DNA of 32,000 nt from Enterobacterales bacterium endosymbiont of Anomoneura mori. Lineage in GTDB: Bacteria > Pseudomonadota > Gammaproteobacteria > Enterobacterales > Enterobacteriaceae_A. The stretch covers positions 90,001-122,000 of the forward strand of contig NZ_AP031381.1 in assembly GCF_047159375.1 (NCBI RefSeq). The letters are read 5' to 3'. Made by a program: the position numbers and the translations under genes. Numbering within the stretch: position 1 is the first letter of the stretch; the number at the start of each line of letters is the position of its first letter. Below are positions 20,415 to 29,136 of the stretch, in pieces. The notes under the pieces are model-generated. The model saw only the letters and a program-made list of their open reading frames with translations. It ran no database searches and was not told the DNA's origin.

Positions 20415-21281
20415 ATGACTTTTCAAGATTTAATAATAAAATTAAAAAATTATTGGTTTAAAAAAGGTTGTACTATAATTCAACCATTAGAATTAGAAGT
20501 TGGTGCTGCTACAACACATCCAATAACATTTTTTAATTCTATTGGGAAAAAACCAATATCTGCAGTTTATGTGCAACCATCACGTAGACCTACTGATGGA
20601 CGTTATAGTAAAAATGCTTATCGTTTACAAAGATATTATCAATTACAAGTAATTATAAAACCACCTTTAAATAATATACAAGAATTATATTTAAATTCAT
20701 TAAATAATTTAGGTTTAAATTTAAATATTTATGATATTCGTTTTATTGAAGATAATTGGGAAAATCCAACATTAGGAGCTTCAGGTTTAGGTTGGGAAGT
20801 TTGGTTAAATAGTTTAGAGATAACACAAATTACATATTTTCAACAAATGGGAGGATTAAATTGTAATCCTGTTACTGTTGAAATAACTTATGGATTAGAA
20901 AGAATTGCTATGTATATTCAAAAAATATATAATATTTATGATATTGTTTGGAATATTGGAAAATTTGGTAAAATAACTTATGGTGAAATGTTTTATAATA
21001 ATGAATTAGAATATTCTAAATATAATTATAAATATGCTAATATAGATTTTTTAAAAATTTGTTTTAAAGAATATAATAAAGAAATAATAAGATTATTAAC
21101 ATTTAAAAAACCTCTTCCAATACCTGCATATGAATATATTTTAAAATCTATTCATATATTTAATATTTTAGATTCTAGAAAAGCTATTTCATCAACAGAA
21201 AGACAAAGATATATTCTTAATATAAGAAATTTAAGTAAAAAAGTTGCAAAAATATATAGTAATTTTTATTTAAAAAAATAA
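20415..21281 (+). CDS. glyQ: Glycine--tRNA ligase alpha subunit
   Basis: 288 aa, colinear with E. coli GlyQ: [96 protein letters not shown]. Confidence 0.95.
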   Translation: MTFQDLIIKLKNYWFKKGCTIIQPLELEVGAATTHPITFFNSIGKKPISAVYVQPSRRPTDGRYSKNAYRLQRYYQLQVIIKPPLNNIQELYLNSLNNLGLNLNIYDIRFIEDNWENPTLGASGLGWEVWLNSLEITQITYFQQMGGLNCNPVTVEITYGLERIAMYIQKIYNIYDIVWNIGKFGKITYGEMFYNNELEYSKYNYKYANIDFLKICFKEYNKEIIRLLTFKKPLPIPAYEYILKSIHIFNILDSRKAISSTERQRYILNIRNLSKKVAKIYSNFYLKK

Positions 21282-21292
21282 TATTAAAAAAA

Positions 21293-23242
21293 ATGAAAAA
21301 AAAAAATTTTTTGATAGAAATAGGAACAGAAGATTTACCTTCTAAATTATTAATTAAAATTTCAAAAAATTTTTTTTTAAATTTTATTAAAGAATTAAAA
21401 AAAAATAAAATTGAATATTATAAAATTTATTTATATTCAACATTACGTCGTTTAGCAATTAAAATAAATAATTTAAAAATAAATAAAACTATTTTAAATT
21501 ATAAAAAAAAAAAAATAAAAATTGATAATATATTAAAAAATAATAAAAATAAAAAAAAAATATTTGAAAAAAAAATAATTAAAATAATTAATAATTCATT
21601 AAATAAAATAAACAATTTTAAAAAAATGAGATGGAATAATAATAATTTTTATTTTATACGTCCAATCCGTAATATTATAGTTATGTTAAATAATAATATA
21701 ATTCCAATTTATATTTTTGGAATTAAATCTAAAAGAAAATTGTATGGACATCTTTTTATGAGTAAAAAAAGTATAAATATTAAAAATGTTAATGAATATC
21801 CAAATATTTTATATTTAAAATGTAAAGTAATAGCAGATTATAATATTCGTAAATTTTTAATTATTAAAAAATCTTTATTTAAAATTAAAAAAAAAAAAGA
21901 AAATATTGATTTTGATAAAAATCTTTTAAATGAAGTAACTTCATTAGTTGAATGGCCTGTAATTTTAATTGGACATTTTAAAAAAATTTTTTTAAAATGT
22001 CCAATAGAGTTACTTATTAATATTATGAAAAATTCTCAAAAAATATTTCCAATTTATAATAATAAAAAAAAAATAATTTCTAAATTTATTTTAATAATAA
22101 ATATTAAATCAATTAATAGTAATATAATTATTAAAGATAATGAAAATCTTTTAAATTCACGTTTTAATGAAATTAATAATTTTTTAAAAAATGATTTTAA
22201 AAAACCTTTAGAAAATAATTTAAAAAAATTAAAATATATAATTTTTAAAAAAAAATTAGGTTCATTATATGAAAAAACTTTTAGAAATCAAATTTTATCT
22301 TTTTATTTTTTATTTAAAAATAATATAAATGTAAATTATATTATACGTTCTAGTTTATTTTTTAAATGTGATTTATTAACTAATATAGTTTATGAAAATA
22401 TTAATTTACATAGTATAATAGGAATGTATTATTTACATTATTATAAAGAATCTGAAATAATTTCTATTTCAATAAATAAAAAAAAAATTTTTTTAAATAA
22501 AAAAATTAATAAATTAACATCATTATTAATAATTTCTGATAAAATAGATTTTTTAGTTGGAATTTTTGGAATTAAAAATTTTCCAAAAAAAAAAAATGAT
22601 CCTTTTGAAATTAAACGTTGTGTTTCAAATATATTAAATACAATAATAAAAAATAAAATAAAAATAAATTTTATAAATATTATAAAAAAATCAATTTTAT
22701 TATATGGAAATAAATTAAATAATAATAATGTAATAAATGATGTTATTAATTATATATTTAAAAGATTTTGTTATTTATATATTAAAAAAGGATATTCAGA
22801 AAAAATTATTAAATCTATAAATAAAAATAAATTTTTAAATATTTTAAATTTTATTAAAATTTTAAAATCAATTAAATATTTTTTAAATTTTAAAGAATCT
22901 AAAAATTTAATTTTTTCTAATAAAAGAATATTAAATATTTTAAAAAAAACAAAAGAAATTTTAAATAATAAAATTAATAAAAAACTATTAATAAAAAAAT
23001 ATGAAATAAAATTATATAAAAAAATAAATATTTTAAAAAAAAAAATTAAAAATTTAATAAATAAAAAAAAATATAAAGATATATTTAAAGAATATATAAA
23101 ATTTAATAAAATAATTGATATTTTTTTTAAAAATGTTTTAATTATGGACAAAAATAAATTATTAAGTGTTAATCGTTTAAAATTATTAAATGAAATTAAA
23201 AAAATATTTTTAAAAATTTTAAATATTTCAAAACTAAATTAA
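21293..23242 (+). CDS. glyS: Glycine--tRNA ligase beta subunit (heavily K/N/I-biased)
   Basis: 649 aa, immediately after glyQ. FLIEIGTEDLPSK matches E. coli FLVEIGTEELPPK. TLRRLAI, EVTSLVEWPV and the C-terminal FFKNVLIMDKN..SVNRLKLLNEIKKIF (E. coli FFDNVMVM..RNNRLALL) are recognisable. Confidence 0.85.
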   Translation: MKKKNFLIEIGTEDLPSKLLIKISKNFFLNFIKELKKNKIEYYKIYLYSTLRRLAIKINNLKINKTILNYKKKKIKIDNILKNNKNKKKIFEKKIIKIINNSLNKINNFKKMRWNNNNFYFIRPIRNIIVMLNNNIIPIYIFGIKSKRKLYGHLFMSKKSINIKNVNEYPNILYLKCKVIADYNIRKFLIIKKSLFKIKKKKENIDFDKNLLNEVTSLVEWPVILIGHFKKIFLKCPIELLINIMKNSQKIFPIYNNKKKIISKFILIINIKSINSNIIIKDNENLLNSRFNEINNFLKNDFKKPLENNLKKLKYIIFKKKLGSLYEKTFRNQILSFYFLFKNNINVNYIIRSSLFFKCDLLTNIVYENINLHSIIGMYYLHYYKESEIISISINKKKIFLNKKINKLTSLLIISDKIDFLVGIFGIKNFPKKKNDPFEIKRCVSNILNTIIKNKIKINFINIIKKSILLYGNKLNNNNVINDVINYIFKRFCYLYIKKGYSEKIIKSINKNKFLNILNFIKILKSIKYFLNFKESKNLIFSNKRILNILKKTKEILNNKINKKLLIKKYEIKLYKKINILKKKIKNLINKKKYKDIFKEYIKFNKIIDIFFKNVLIMDKNKLLSVNRLKLLNEIKKIFLKILNISKLN

Positions 23243-23298
23243 AATTAATTAATTTTATTTATTAATTTTAAATTATTTTAAAAAAATATAAGGTTAAT

Positions 23299-23820
23299 AT
23301 GACAACTATTATAAGTGTACGTAGAAATGGTAAAACAGTGATGGGTGGAGATGGACAAGCTACATTAGGAAATACAATAATTAAATCAAATTCTAAAAAA
23401 GTAAAATATATGTATAATAAAAAAATAATTGCTGGTTTTGCAGGAAGTACAGCAGATGCATTTACATTATTTGAAATTTTTGAAAATAAATTAGAAAAAA
23501 ATAATGGTAAATTAATAAAAGCTGCAGTAGAATTAGCAAAAGATTGGAGAAACGATAAATTTTTAAAAAAACTTGAAGCTTTTTTAGCTGTAGTTGATAA
23601 AAAAAATTCTTTAATTATTACTGGTTATGGAGATATTATAAAACCTGAAAATGATATAATTGCTATAGGATCTGGTGGAACATATGCATTAGTAGCTGCT
23701 AGAATATTAACAGAAAATACACAATTAAATGCATATAAAATAGTTAAAAAATCTTTATTAATTGCTAGTGATATTTGTATTTATACAAATAATAATTTTA
23801 CAATTAAAGAATTAAATTAA
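23299..23820 (+). CDS. hslV: ATP-dependent protease subunit HslV
   Basis: 173 aa. The N-terminus is [29 protein letters not shown] (catalytic Thr2). [14 protein letters not shown] and GSGG are present, and AAGG lies upstream. Confidence 0.93.
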   Translation: MTTIISVRRNGKTVMGGDGQATLGNTIIKSNSKKVKYMYNKKIIAGFAGSTADAFTLFEIFENKLEKNNGKLIKAAVELAKDWRNDKFLKKLEAFLAVVDKKNSLIITGYGDIIKPENDIIAIGSGGTYALVAARILTENTQLNAYKIVKKSLLIASDICIYTNNNFTIKELN

Positions 23821-23837
23821 ATATAAGGAAATAAAAT

Positions 23838-25148
23838 ATGTTTAAAATGACATCTAATAAAATTGTTTCTAAATTAAATTTACATATAATTGGACAAAAT
23901 AATGCAAAAAAAAAGATAGCAATTGCTTTAAGAAATCGTTGGCGTATAAAAAATCTTGAAAAAAAATTAAAAAAAAAAATAAAAACAAATAATATTTTAA
24001 TGGTTGGACCAACTGGAGTTGGAAAAACAGAAATTTTTCGTATTTTATCAAAAATAACCAATTCTCCTTTTATTAAAGTAGAAGCTACAAGATTTACTGA
24101 AATTGGTTATGTAGGAAAAGAAGTAGATTCAATTATTCATGAACTTGTTGAAAATTCATATAAAATAGTTAAAAAAAAAAATATTAAAAAAAATATAAAA
24201 AAAATTAAAAAATTATCAGCAAAACGTATTATAAATATTTTAATTAAAAATATTATTATAAAAAAAACATTTAAACAAATAATATATTTATATAAAATTT
24301 TAATTAAAAAATTATATAATAATGAAATAAATAATATAAAAATTAAAACAAAATTATTTTTAAAAAAAACAAATAATGAAATTTTAATAAATAATAAAAC
24401 AAATAAAATTGTTAATCAAATACAAAATATTATAAATAATTTTAATAATTTTAAAAAAAAAATATCAATTAAAAAAATTTTATTTTTTTTTGAAGAAGAA
24501 GAAATTTTAAAAATATTTAAAAATAAAAAAATAAATAAAGAAATTATTGATAACGTTGAACAAAAAGGAATTGTTTTTATTGATGAAATAGATAAAATTT
24601 GTAAAATTTCAAATTATAGTAATTCAGAAATTTCTAGAGAAGGAGTACAACGTGATTTATTACCTTTAATTGAAGGATGTAATGTTTTAACAAAATATGG
24701 TAATATTAAAACAGAAAATATTTTATTTATTGCTTCAGGAGCTTTTCATTCTTCTAAACCATCTGATTTAATGCAAGAACTACAAGGACGTTTACCAATA
24801 TATGTAAAATTAAATTCATTGAAAAAAAAAGATTTTGAAAAAATTTTAATTGAACCTAAATTTTCATTAATTGAACAATATAAAAGACTTATTTTAACTG
24901 AAGGTGTAAAAATTGAATTTACAAAAGATAGTATTTTAAAATTAGCAGAAATTGCTTATATATATAATAAAGAAATAAAAAATATAGGTGCAAGACGTTT
25001 ACATACAATATTAGAAATATTATTAGAAGATATTTTATATAATATTGAAAATATAAAAAATAAAATAATTATTATAGATAAAAAATATGTTAAAAAAAAA
25101 TTTAAAAATTTTTATGTTAAAGAAGATTTAAATAAATTTATTTTATAA
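23838..25148 (+). CDS. hslU: ATP-dependent protease ATPase subunit HslU
   Basis: 436 aa. IVSKLNLHIIGQNNAKKKIAIALRNRWR, Walker A MVGPTGVGKTEI, FIKVEATRFTEIGYVG, Walker B GIVFIDEIDKI, REGVQRDLLPLIEG, FIASGAF and IGARRLHTILE are present. AAGGA lies 8 nt before ATG 23838. Confidence 0.92.
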   Translation: MFKMTSNKIVSKLNLHIIGQNNAKKKIAIALRNRWRIKNLEKKLKKKIKTNNILMVGPTGVGKTEIFRILSKITNSPFIKVEATRFTEIGYVGKEVDSIIHELVENSYKIVKKKNIKKNIKKIKKLSAKRIINILIKNIIIKKTFKQIIYLYKILIKKLYNNEINNIKIKTKLFLKKTNNEILINNKTNKIVNQIQNIINNFNNFKKKISIKKILFFFEEEEILKIFKNKKINKEIIDNVEQKGIVFIDEIDKICKISNYSNSEISREGVQRDLLPLIEGCNVLTKYGNIKTENILFIASGAFHSSKPSDLMQELQGRLPIYVKLNSLKKKDFEKILIEPKFSLIEQYKRLILTEGVKIEFTKDSILKLAEIAYIYNKEIKNIGARRLHTILEILLEDILYNIENIKNKIIIIDKKYVKKKFKNFYVKEDLNKFIL

Positions 25149-25154
25149 TATAAA

Positions 25155-25361
25155 TTAATTAATATTTTTAAAACGTTTATTAAATATATTAATTCTACTT
25201 CCAGAAATATTATTACGTTGTGAACCAGTATAAAAGGGATGACAATTATTACAAATATCTAAATTTATATTTTTACATAAAGTTGAATAAATTTTAATTA
25301 TATTTCCACATGAACAATTAAAATTAACTTTTTTATATTTTGGATGTATATTTTTTTTCAT
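25155..25361 (-). CDS. rpmE: 50S ribosomal protein L31
   Basis: 68 aa. MKKNIHPKY.., CSCG, and CHPFYTG are present. AAGGAAA lies upstream. Confidence 0.9.
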   Translation of the reverse strand: MKKNIHPKYKKVNFNCSCGNIIKIYSTLCKNINLDICNNCHPFYTGSQRNNISGSRINIFNKRFKNIN

Positions 25362-25443
25362 TTTTTTCCTTTATTTTAAAATATTATTAAATTTAAAAAT
25401 ATTTTTTAAAATTATTAAATATCAAAACTAATAAAATTATTTC

Positions 25444-25471
25444 TTGACTAATTTTTTAAAAAAAATAATTT
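25444..25471 (+). promoter_or_regulatory. Possible sigma70 promoter for tRNA-Glu/rpoZ (TTGACT-16 nt-TAATTT)
   Basis: TTGACT (5/6 match to TTGACA) at 25444-25449 is the only near-consensus -35 I found in a spacer. TAATTT lies 16 nt downstream. This would give a ~24-nt tRNA 5' leader. The -10 is weak and the call is not testable here. Confidence 0.3.
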
Positions 25472-25502
25472 AATTTTATAAATATATAAATAATTATATT
25501 AT

Positions 25503-25575
25503 GTCCCCTTCGTCTAGAGGACTAGGACATCGCCCTTTCACGGCGGCAACAGGAGTTCAAATCTCCTAGGGGACA
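25503..25575 (+). tRNA. tRNA-Glu (anticodon UUC)
   Basis: GTCCCCTTCGTCTAGAGGACTAGGACATCGCCCTTTCACGGCGGCAACAGGAGTTCAAATCTCCTAGGGGACA is colinear with E. coli tRNA-Glu. The anticodon loop is CTTTCAC. The acceptor stem (GTCCCCT/AGGGGAC) and T stem (AGGAG/CTCCT) are perfect. No CCA end is encoded. Confidence 0.95.
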
Positions 25576-25602
25576 TTAATTATTTTTTAAATAATATTAA
25601 AA

Positions 25603-25812
25603 ATGTCTTATAATATATCTGAAAAAATTATATATAAAATAGGTAATAGATTTGATTTAGTAATAATAGCAGCACATAGAGCTCGTCAAATACAATTAGG
25701 AATTAAATTATCTTTAATAAAAAAAAAAAATGAAAAATATTTTATAACTGCATTAAAAGAAATTGAAATGGGTTTTGTTACTAAAAAAATATTAAAAAAT
25801 ATTTATAAATAA
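25603..25812 (+). CDS. rpoZ: DNA-directed RNA polymerase subunit omega (short form)
   Basis: 69 aa. [21 protein letters not shown] and [10 protein letters not shown] match E. coli [21 protein letters not shown] and VIALREIEEG. The acidic C-terminal tail of the 91-aa E. coli protein is absent. Confidence 0.85.
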   Translation: [69 protein letters not shown]

Positions 25813-25862
25813 AAAATATAATTAATAATTTTCAAATAATTAAAATAAATTAATTAAAATAT

Positions 25863-25899
25863 TTTATAAAGTAAAAGGATTATCCTTTTACTTTATAAA
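25863..25899. terminator. Bidirectional terminator candidate between convergent rpoZ and rplQ
   Basis: 37-nt near-perfect palindrome TTTATAAAGTAAAAGGAT-T-ATCCTTTTACTTTATAAA with a GGAT/ATCC core and A/T runs on both sides. It lies between the stops of rpoZ (25812) and rplQ (25924). Confidence 0.5.
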
Positions 25900-25923
25900 T
25901 TTTAAAATGTTTAATTTATATAA

Positions 25924-26283
25924 TTATTTTCTATCTACTAATTCTATATATGCCATTTTAGCATTATCACCTTTACGATAACCACATTTTAATATACGTG
26001 TATACCCACCATATCTATTTATATATTTTGGAGCAATTTTATTAAATAATTTATTAACAATATTATTATTACGAATTCTTGAAAATATTATTCTTCTATT
26101 TTTTATTATATTATTTTTTGAAATTGTAATTATAGGTTCTATAAAACGTCTTAATTCTTTTGCTTTTTGTAAAGTTGTTTTTATAATTTCATAATTAATT
26201 AATGAACAAATTATATTTCGAAACATTAATTTTCTATGACTACTAGTTCTACTAAAAAATTTCCCACTTTTTTTATGTCTCAT
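25924..26283 (-). CDS. rplQ: 50S ribosomal protein L17
   Basis: 119 aa. [42 protein letters not shown] and [25 protein letters not shown] are present. It is the last gene of the alpha operon. Confidence 0.93.
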   Translation of the reverse strand: MRHKKSGKFFSRTSSHRKLMFRNIICSLINYEIIKTTLQKAKELRRFIEPIITISKNNIIKNRRIIFSRIRNNNIVNKLFNKIAPKYINRYGGYTRILKCGYRKGDNAKMAYIELVDRK

Positions 26284-27295
26284 TTTTTCCTTTTAAAAAA
26301 TTATTTTTTTTTTTAATTTTATATTTATTTGATGGTGGCCAATTTTCAATTCTCATACCTAAATATAAACCATGATTATTTAATATTTTTTTAATTTCAG
26401 AAAGCGATTTTTTACCTAAATTAGGTGTTTTTAAAAGTTCAATTTCAGTACACTGTACTAAATCTCCAACATAATTTATAGATTCAGATTTTAAACAATT
26501 AATAGAACGTACAGTTAATTCTAATTCTTCAATACTTCTTAATAACATGGGATTCATTTTATTCATTTTAGAATTAGGATAAATTCTAACAAAACTTTCA
26601 GTATCCATAAAAATTGAATATTGTTCTGATAAAAGTTGTGCTGCTTTTTTAAACGCAATTTCAGAATCAATTGCACCGTTTGTTTCTATTAAAATATTTA
26701 AACTTTCAACATCATCATGATCTTTTAAAATATATGGTTTTACACTATATGAAACACATTTAACTGGATTAAAACAAACATCTAAAAAAATTTGTCCAAT
26801 TTTTTTAGGAGTTTTTTTTCTTTTATTTATAGGAAAATATCCTCTACCTTTTTCTATTTTAATCATTATTTTAATATTAGAATTTTTATTTATTAAATTA
26901 CATATAATAATATTAGGATTTATAATTTCAATATTTTTATTTTCTTTCATAATATCTTTACCAGTTAATTTACAAATACCAGATTTTTCAATTTTTACTA
27001 TTATAGTATTTTTATTTTTAATATTTATTGCTAAAGATTTTAAATTTAATATAATTTCTAATACACTTTCTTTAATACCATCAATTACACTGTATTCATG
27101 TAAAATTCCATCAATATTAATTTCTGTTACTGCATAACCAGGAATATATGATAATAAAACTCTTCTAATTGAATTTGCATAAGTATGACTATAACCTTTT
27201 TCAATTGGTTCTAGAATTATTTTTGAACTCATATTTGAAAATCTTTCAAGTTTTTTAATTGTTGGTTTTATAAAATCTTTTAAAAATTCTGACAT
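26273..27295 (-). CDS. rpoA: DNA-directed RNA polymerase subunit alpha
   Basis: 340 aa. [28 protein letters not shown], and the C-terminal domain ([39 protein letters not shown]) are present. AAGGAG lies upstream. The 3' end overlaps the rplQ start by 11 nt. Confidence 0.95.
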   Translation of the reverse strand: MSEFLKDFIKPTIKKLERFSNMSSKIILEPIEKGYSHTYANSIRRVLLSYIPGYAVTEINIDGILHEYSVIDGIKESVLEIILNLKSLAINIKNKNTIIVKIEKSGICKLTGKDIMKENKNIEIINPNIIICNLINKNSNIKIMIKIEKGRGYFPINKRKKTPKKIGQIFLDVCFNPVKCVSYSVKPYILKDHDDVESLNILIETNGAIDSEIAFKKAAQLLSEQYSIFMDTESFVRIYPNSKMNKMNPMLLRSIEELELTVRSINCLKSESINYVGDLVQCTEIELLKTPNLGKKSLSEIKKILNNHGLYLGMRIENWPPSNKYKIKKKNNFLKGKNET

Positions 27296-27320
27296 TTTTT
27301 AATCTCCTTATTTAATAAAA

Positions 27321-27941
27321 TTATTTTGAATATAATTCTATTATTAATTGTTCATTAATATTATTATAAATATCTAATCTATCAGGTAATTTTATTAAAG
27401 TACCGTAACATTTTTTATGATTAATATTTAACCATTTAGGTTTTTCTCTATTTTTAAATAATTTTATTGCTAATTTAATACATTTATAATTTATAGCTTT
27501 TTTATTAATTTGAATTTTATCACTTAATGATACTTGATATGAAGGAATATTTACAATATAATTATTTACTAAAATTAATTTATGACTTATAAATTGACGA
27601 GCTTCAGAACGAGTTGAACTAAAACCCATACGATAAATTATATTATCTAATCTTAATTCAATTAATTTTAATAAATTTATACTAGTATTACCTTTTAATT
27701 TATTTGCTTTTATATAATAATTTTTAAATTGTTTTTCTAATATTCCATAAATTCTTTTAACTTTTTGTTTTTCACGTAATTGTAAAGAATATTCAGAAAA
27801 TCTAATTTTACGATTTTTTTTTTGTCCAGGTATTTTTTTTATATTACATTTAGAATTAATTTCACGAATTCCAGATTTTAAATATAAATCTGTATTTTCG
27901 CGACGACTTAATTTAAGTTTTGGTCCTAAATATTTTGCCAT
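27321..27941 (-). CDS. rpsD: 30S ribosomal protein S4
   Basis: 206 aa. MAKYLGPKLKLSRRENTDL, YSLQLREKQKVKRIYGILEKQF, LELRLDNIIYRMGF and RSEARQFISH are present. Confidence 0.95.
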   Translation of the reverse strand: MAKYLGPKLKLSRRENTDLYLKSGIREINSKCNIKKIPGQKKNRKIRFSEYSLQLREKQKVKRIYGILEKQFKNYYIKANKLKGNTSINLLKLIELRLDNIIYRMGFSSTRSEARQFISHKLILVNNYIVNIPSYQVSLSDKIQINKKAINYKCIKLAIKLFKNREKPKWLNINHKKCYGTLIKLPDRLDIYNNINEQLIIELYSK

Positions 27942-27965
27942 AATATATCCTTATTTTAAAAATAA

Positions 27966-28589
27966 TTAAATACGACGTCTTTTTGGAGATCTACATCCAT
28001 TATGAGGTATTGGAGTAACATCTACTATACTAATTATATTAAAACCTAAAGAATTTAAAGTACGAATAGTAGAATCACGTCCAGGACCAGGTCCTTTAAC
28101 TTTTATTTTTAAATTATTAATTCCACGTTTTTTCATAAATTTAGAACATTTTTCAATTGCAATCTGTGCTGAAAAAGGTGTAGATTTTTTAGAACCTTTA
28201 AAACCAAATAATCCAGGAGATGAAAATGATAAAGTGTTTCCTTTTAAATCAGTTAATGTAATAATTGTATTATTAAAAGATGCATGTATATTTATAATAC
28301 CATCTAAAATAATATTATTTTCATTTATTTTTTTTTTTTTTTTTTTTTTTAAATTATTTACTTTATTTATATTTTTTTTATTAATATTAAAATTATTTAT
28401 TTTTTTTTTAAAATTATTTACTTTATTTAAATTTTTTTTTTTAATATTAATTTTATTTATGTTTTTTTTAAAATTATTTAATTTATTTAAATTTTTTTTT
28501 TTAATATTAATTTTATCTATATTATTTTTAAATTTATTTACTTCATTTGTATTATTTTTTAAAATGTTATTTTTTTTATTAACATTCAT
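27966..28589 (-). CDS. rpsK: 30S ribosomal protein S11 with a ~80-residue repeat-derived N-terminal extension
   Basis: The C-terminal ~110 aa ([64 protein letters not shown]) is canonical uS11. ATG 28589 is preceded by GGAG with a 6-nt spacer and lies 12 nt after the rpsM stop. The ORF-track TTG at 28601 abuts that stop. There is no other in-frame ATG/GTG/TTG before the core. The true start is not proven. Confidence 0.85.
   Translation of the reverse strand: MNVNKKNNILKNNTNEVNKFKNNIDKINIKKKNLNKLNNFKKNINKINIKKKNLNKVNNFKKKINNFNINKKNINKVNNLKKKKKKKINENNIILDGIINIHASFNNTIITLTDLKGNTLSFSSPGLFGFKGSKKSTPFSAQIAIEKCSKFMKKRGINNLKIKVKGPGPGRDSTIRTLNSLGFNIISIVDVTPIPHNGCRSPKRRRI
28328..28350. repeat. Homopolymer T23 (+ strand), equal to A23 in the rpsK mRNA, encoding seven consecutive AAA Lys codons
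   Basis: Counted in the sequence: 23 consecutive T at 28328-28350. It lies between the repeat array and the conserved S11 core (residues LKKKKKKKI). Confidence 0.9.
28351..28560. repeat. 60-bp tandem repeat, ~3.5 copies, in frame within the 5' part of rpsK
   Basis: Read directly from the sequence. Unit 28381-28440 vs 28441-28500 is 56/60 identical. Unit 28441-28500 vs 28501-28560 is 51/60 identical. The half unit 28351-28380 matches the second half of the unit at 28/30 (the first 10 nt identical). The period is exactly 20 codons. Confidence 0.9.
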
Positions 28590-28601
28590 AATAAACTCCA
28601 A

Positions 28602-28958
28602 CTATTTTTTTATTTTTTTATTTTTTTTTTTACAAGTTTTAGCATTTGTTTTAGTTCTTTGACCATGAATTGGTAAATTACGACGATGTCTTATTCCTCT
28701 ATAACAGTTAATATCTATTAAACGTTTAATATTTAAATTAATTTCTCTACGTAAATCACTTTCAATTATAAATTTAGAAATATATTTACGTATAATATCT
28801 ATTTGTTTTTTATCTAAATTTTTAATTTTAATGTTTTCATTTATATTAGAAGATAAACATATACTTCTTGCTCTAGATTTTCCAATACCAAAAATTGATG
28901 TTAATGCAATTAATAAATTTTTATTTTTTGAAATATTTATTCCTGATATACGTATCAT
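28602..28958 (-). CDS. rpsM: 30S ribosomal protein S13
   Basis: 118 aa. [67 protein letters not shown] are present. AGGAA lies upstream. Confidence 0.95.
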   Translation of the reverse strand: MIRISGINISKNKNLLIALTSIFGIGKSRARSICLSSNINENIKIKNLDKKQIDIIRKYISKFIIESDLRREINLNIKRLIDINCYRGIRHRRNLPIHGQRTKTNAKTCKKKNKKIKK

Positions 28959-29000
28959 ATTTATTCCTAATATTTATTAATTTTAAAAAAAATTTAAAAA

Positions 29001-29117
29001 TTAACCTTGTCTTTGTTTATGCTTTAATGAAAAACTACATATTACTCGAATTACTCTATTTCGTTTAATTATTTTACAATTTCTACAAATTTTTTTAACA
29101 GACGCACGAACTTTCAT
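29001..29117 (-). CDS. rpmJ: 50S ribosomal protein L36 (not in ORF track)
   Basis: Hand translation of the minus strand gives [39 protein letters not shown]. coli L36 is [38 protein letters not shown]. The gene sits between secY and rpsM, as in the spc/alpha operon junction. Confidence 0.93.
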   Translation of the reverse strand: MKVRASVKKICRNCKIIKRNRVIRVICSFSLKHKQRQG

Positions 29118-29136
29118 ATTATTTACTCTTTTAAAA

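Noticed and set aside
22771-23151. 126-aa ORF on the - strand inside glyS
   Set aside because: It is F/I/L/K low-complexity sequence antisense to the conserved glyS C-terminus. The frame is open only because the sense strand is A-rich. There is no independent support.
23804-24061. Two overlapping - strand ORFs (85 and 60 aa) across the hslV/hslU junction
   Set aside because: They are antisense to the strongly conserved HslU N-terminus and Walker A region. They have no homology signal or SD.
28351-28560. Regular 60-bp repeats considered as a CRISPR-like array or minisatellite outside genes
   Set aside because: The units are contiguous with no unique spacers. They have no palindromic G/C core and no cas genes nearby. 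They lie in frame inside rpsK, so I interpret them as a coding tandem duplication.
28234-28662. 142-aa ORF on the + strand (F/L/I-rich), antisense to rpsK and the rpsM 3' end
   Set aside because: It is the mirror image of the poly-A/Lys-rich rpsK repeat region. It has no SD and no recognisable domain, and it fully overlaps two well-supported ribosomal protein genes. It is a composition artefact.
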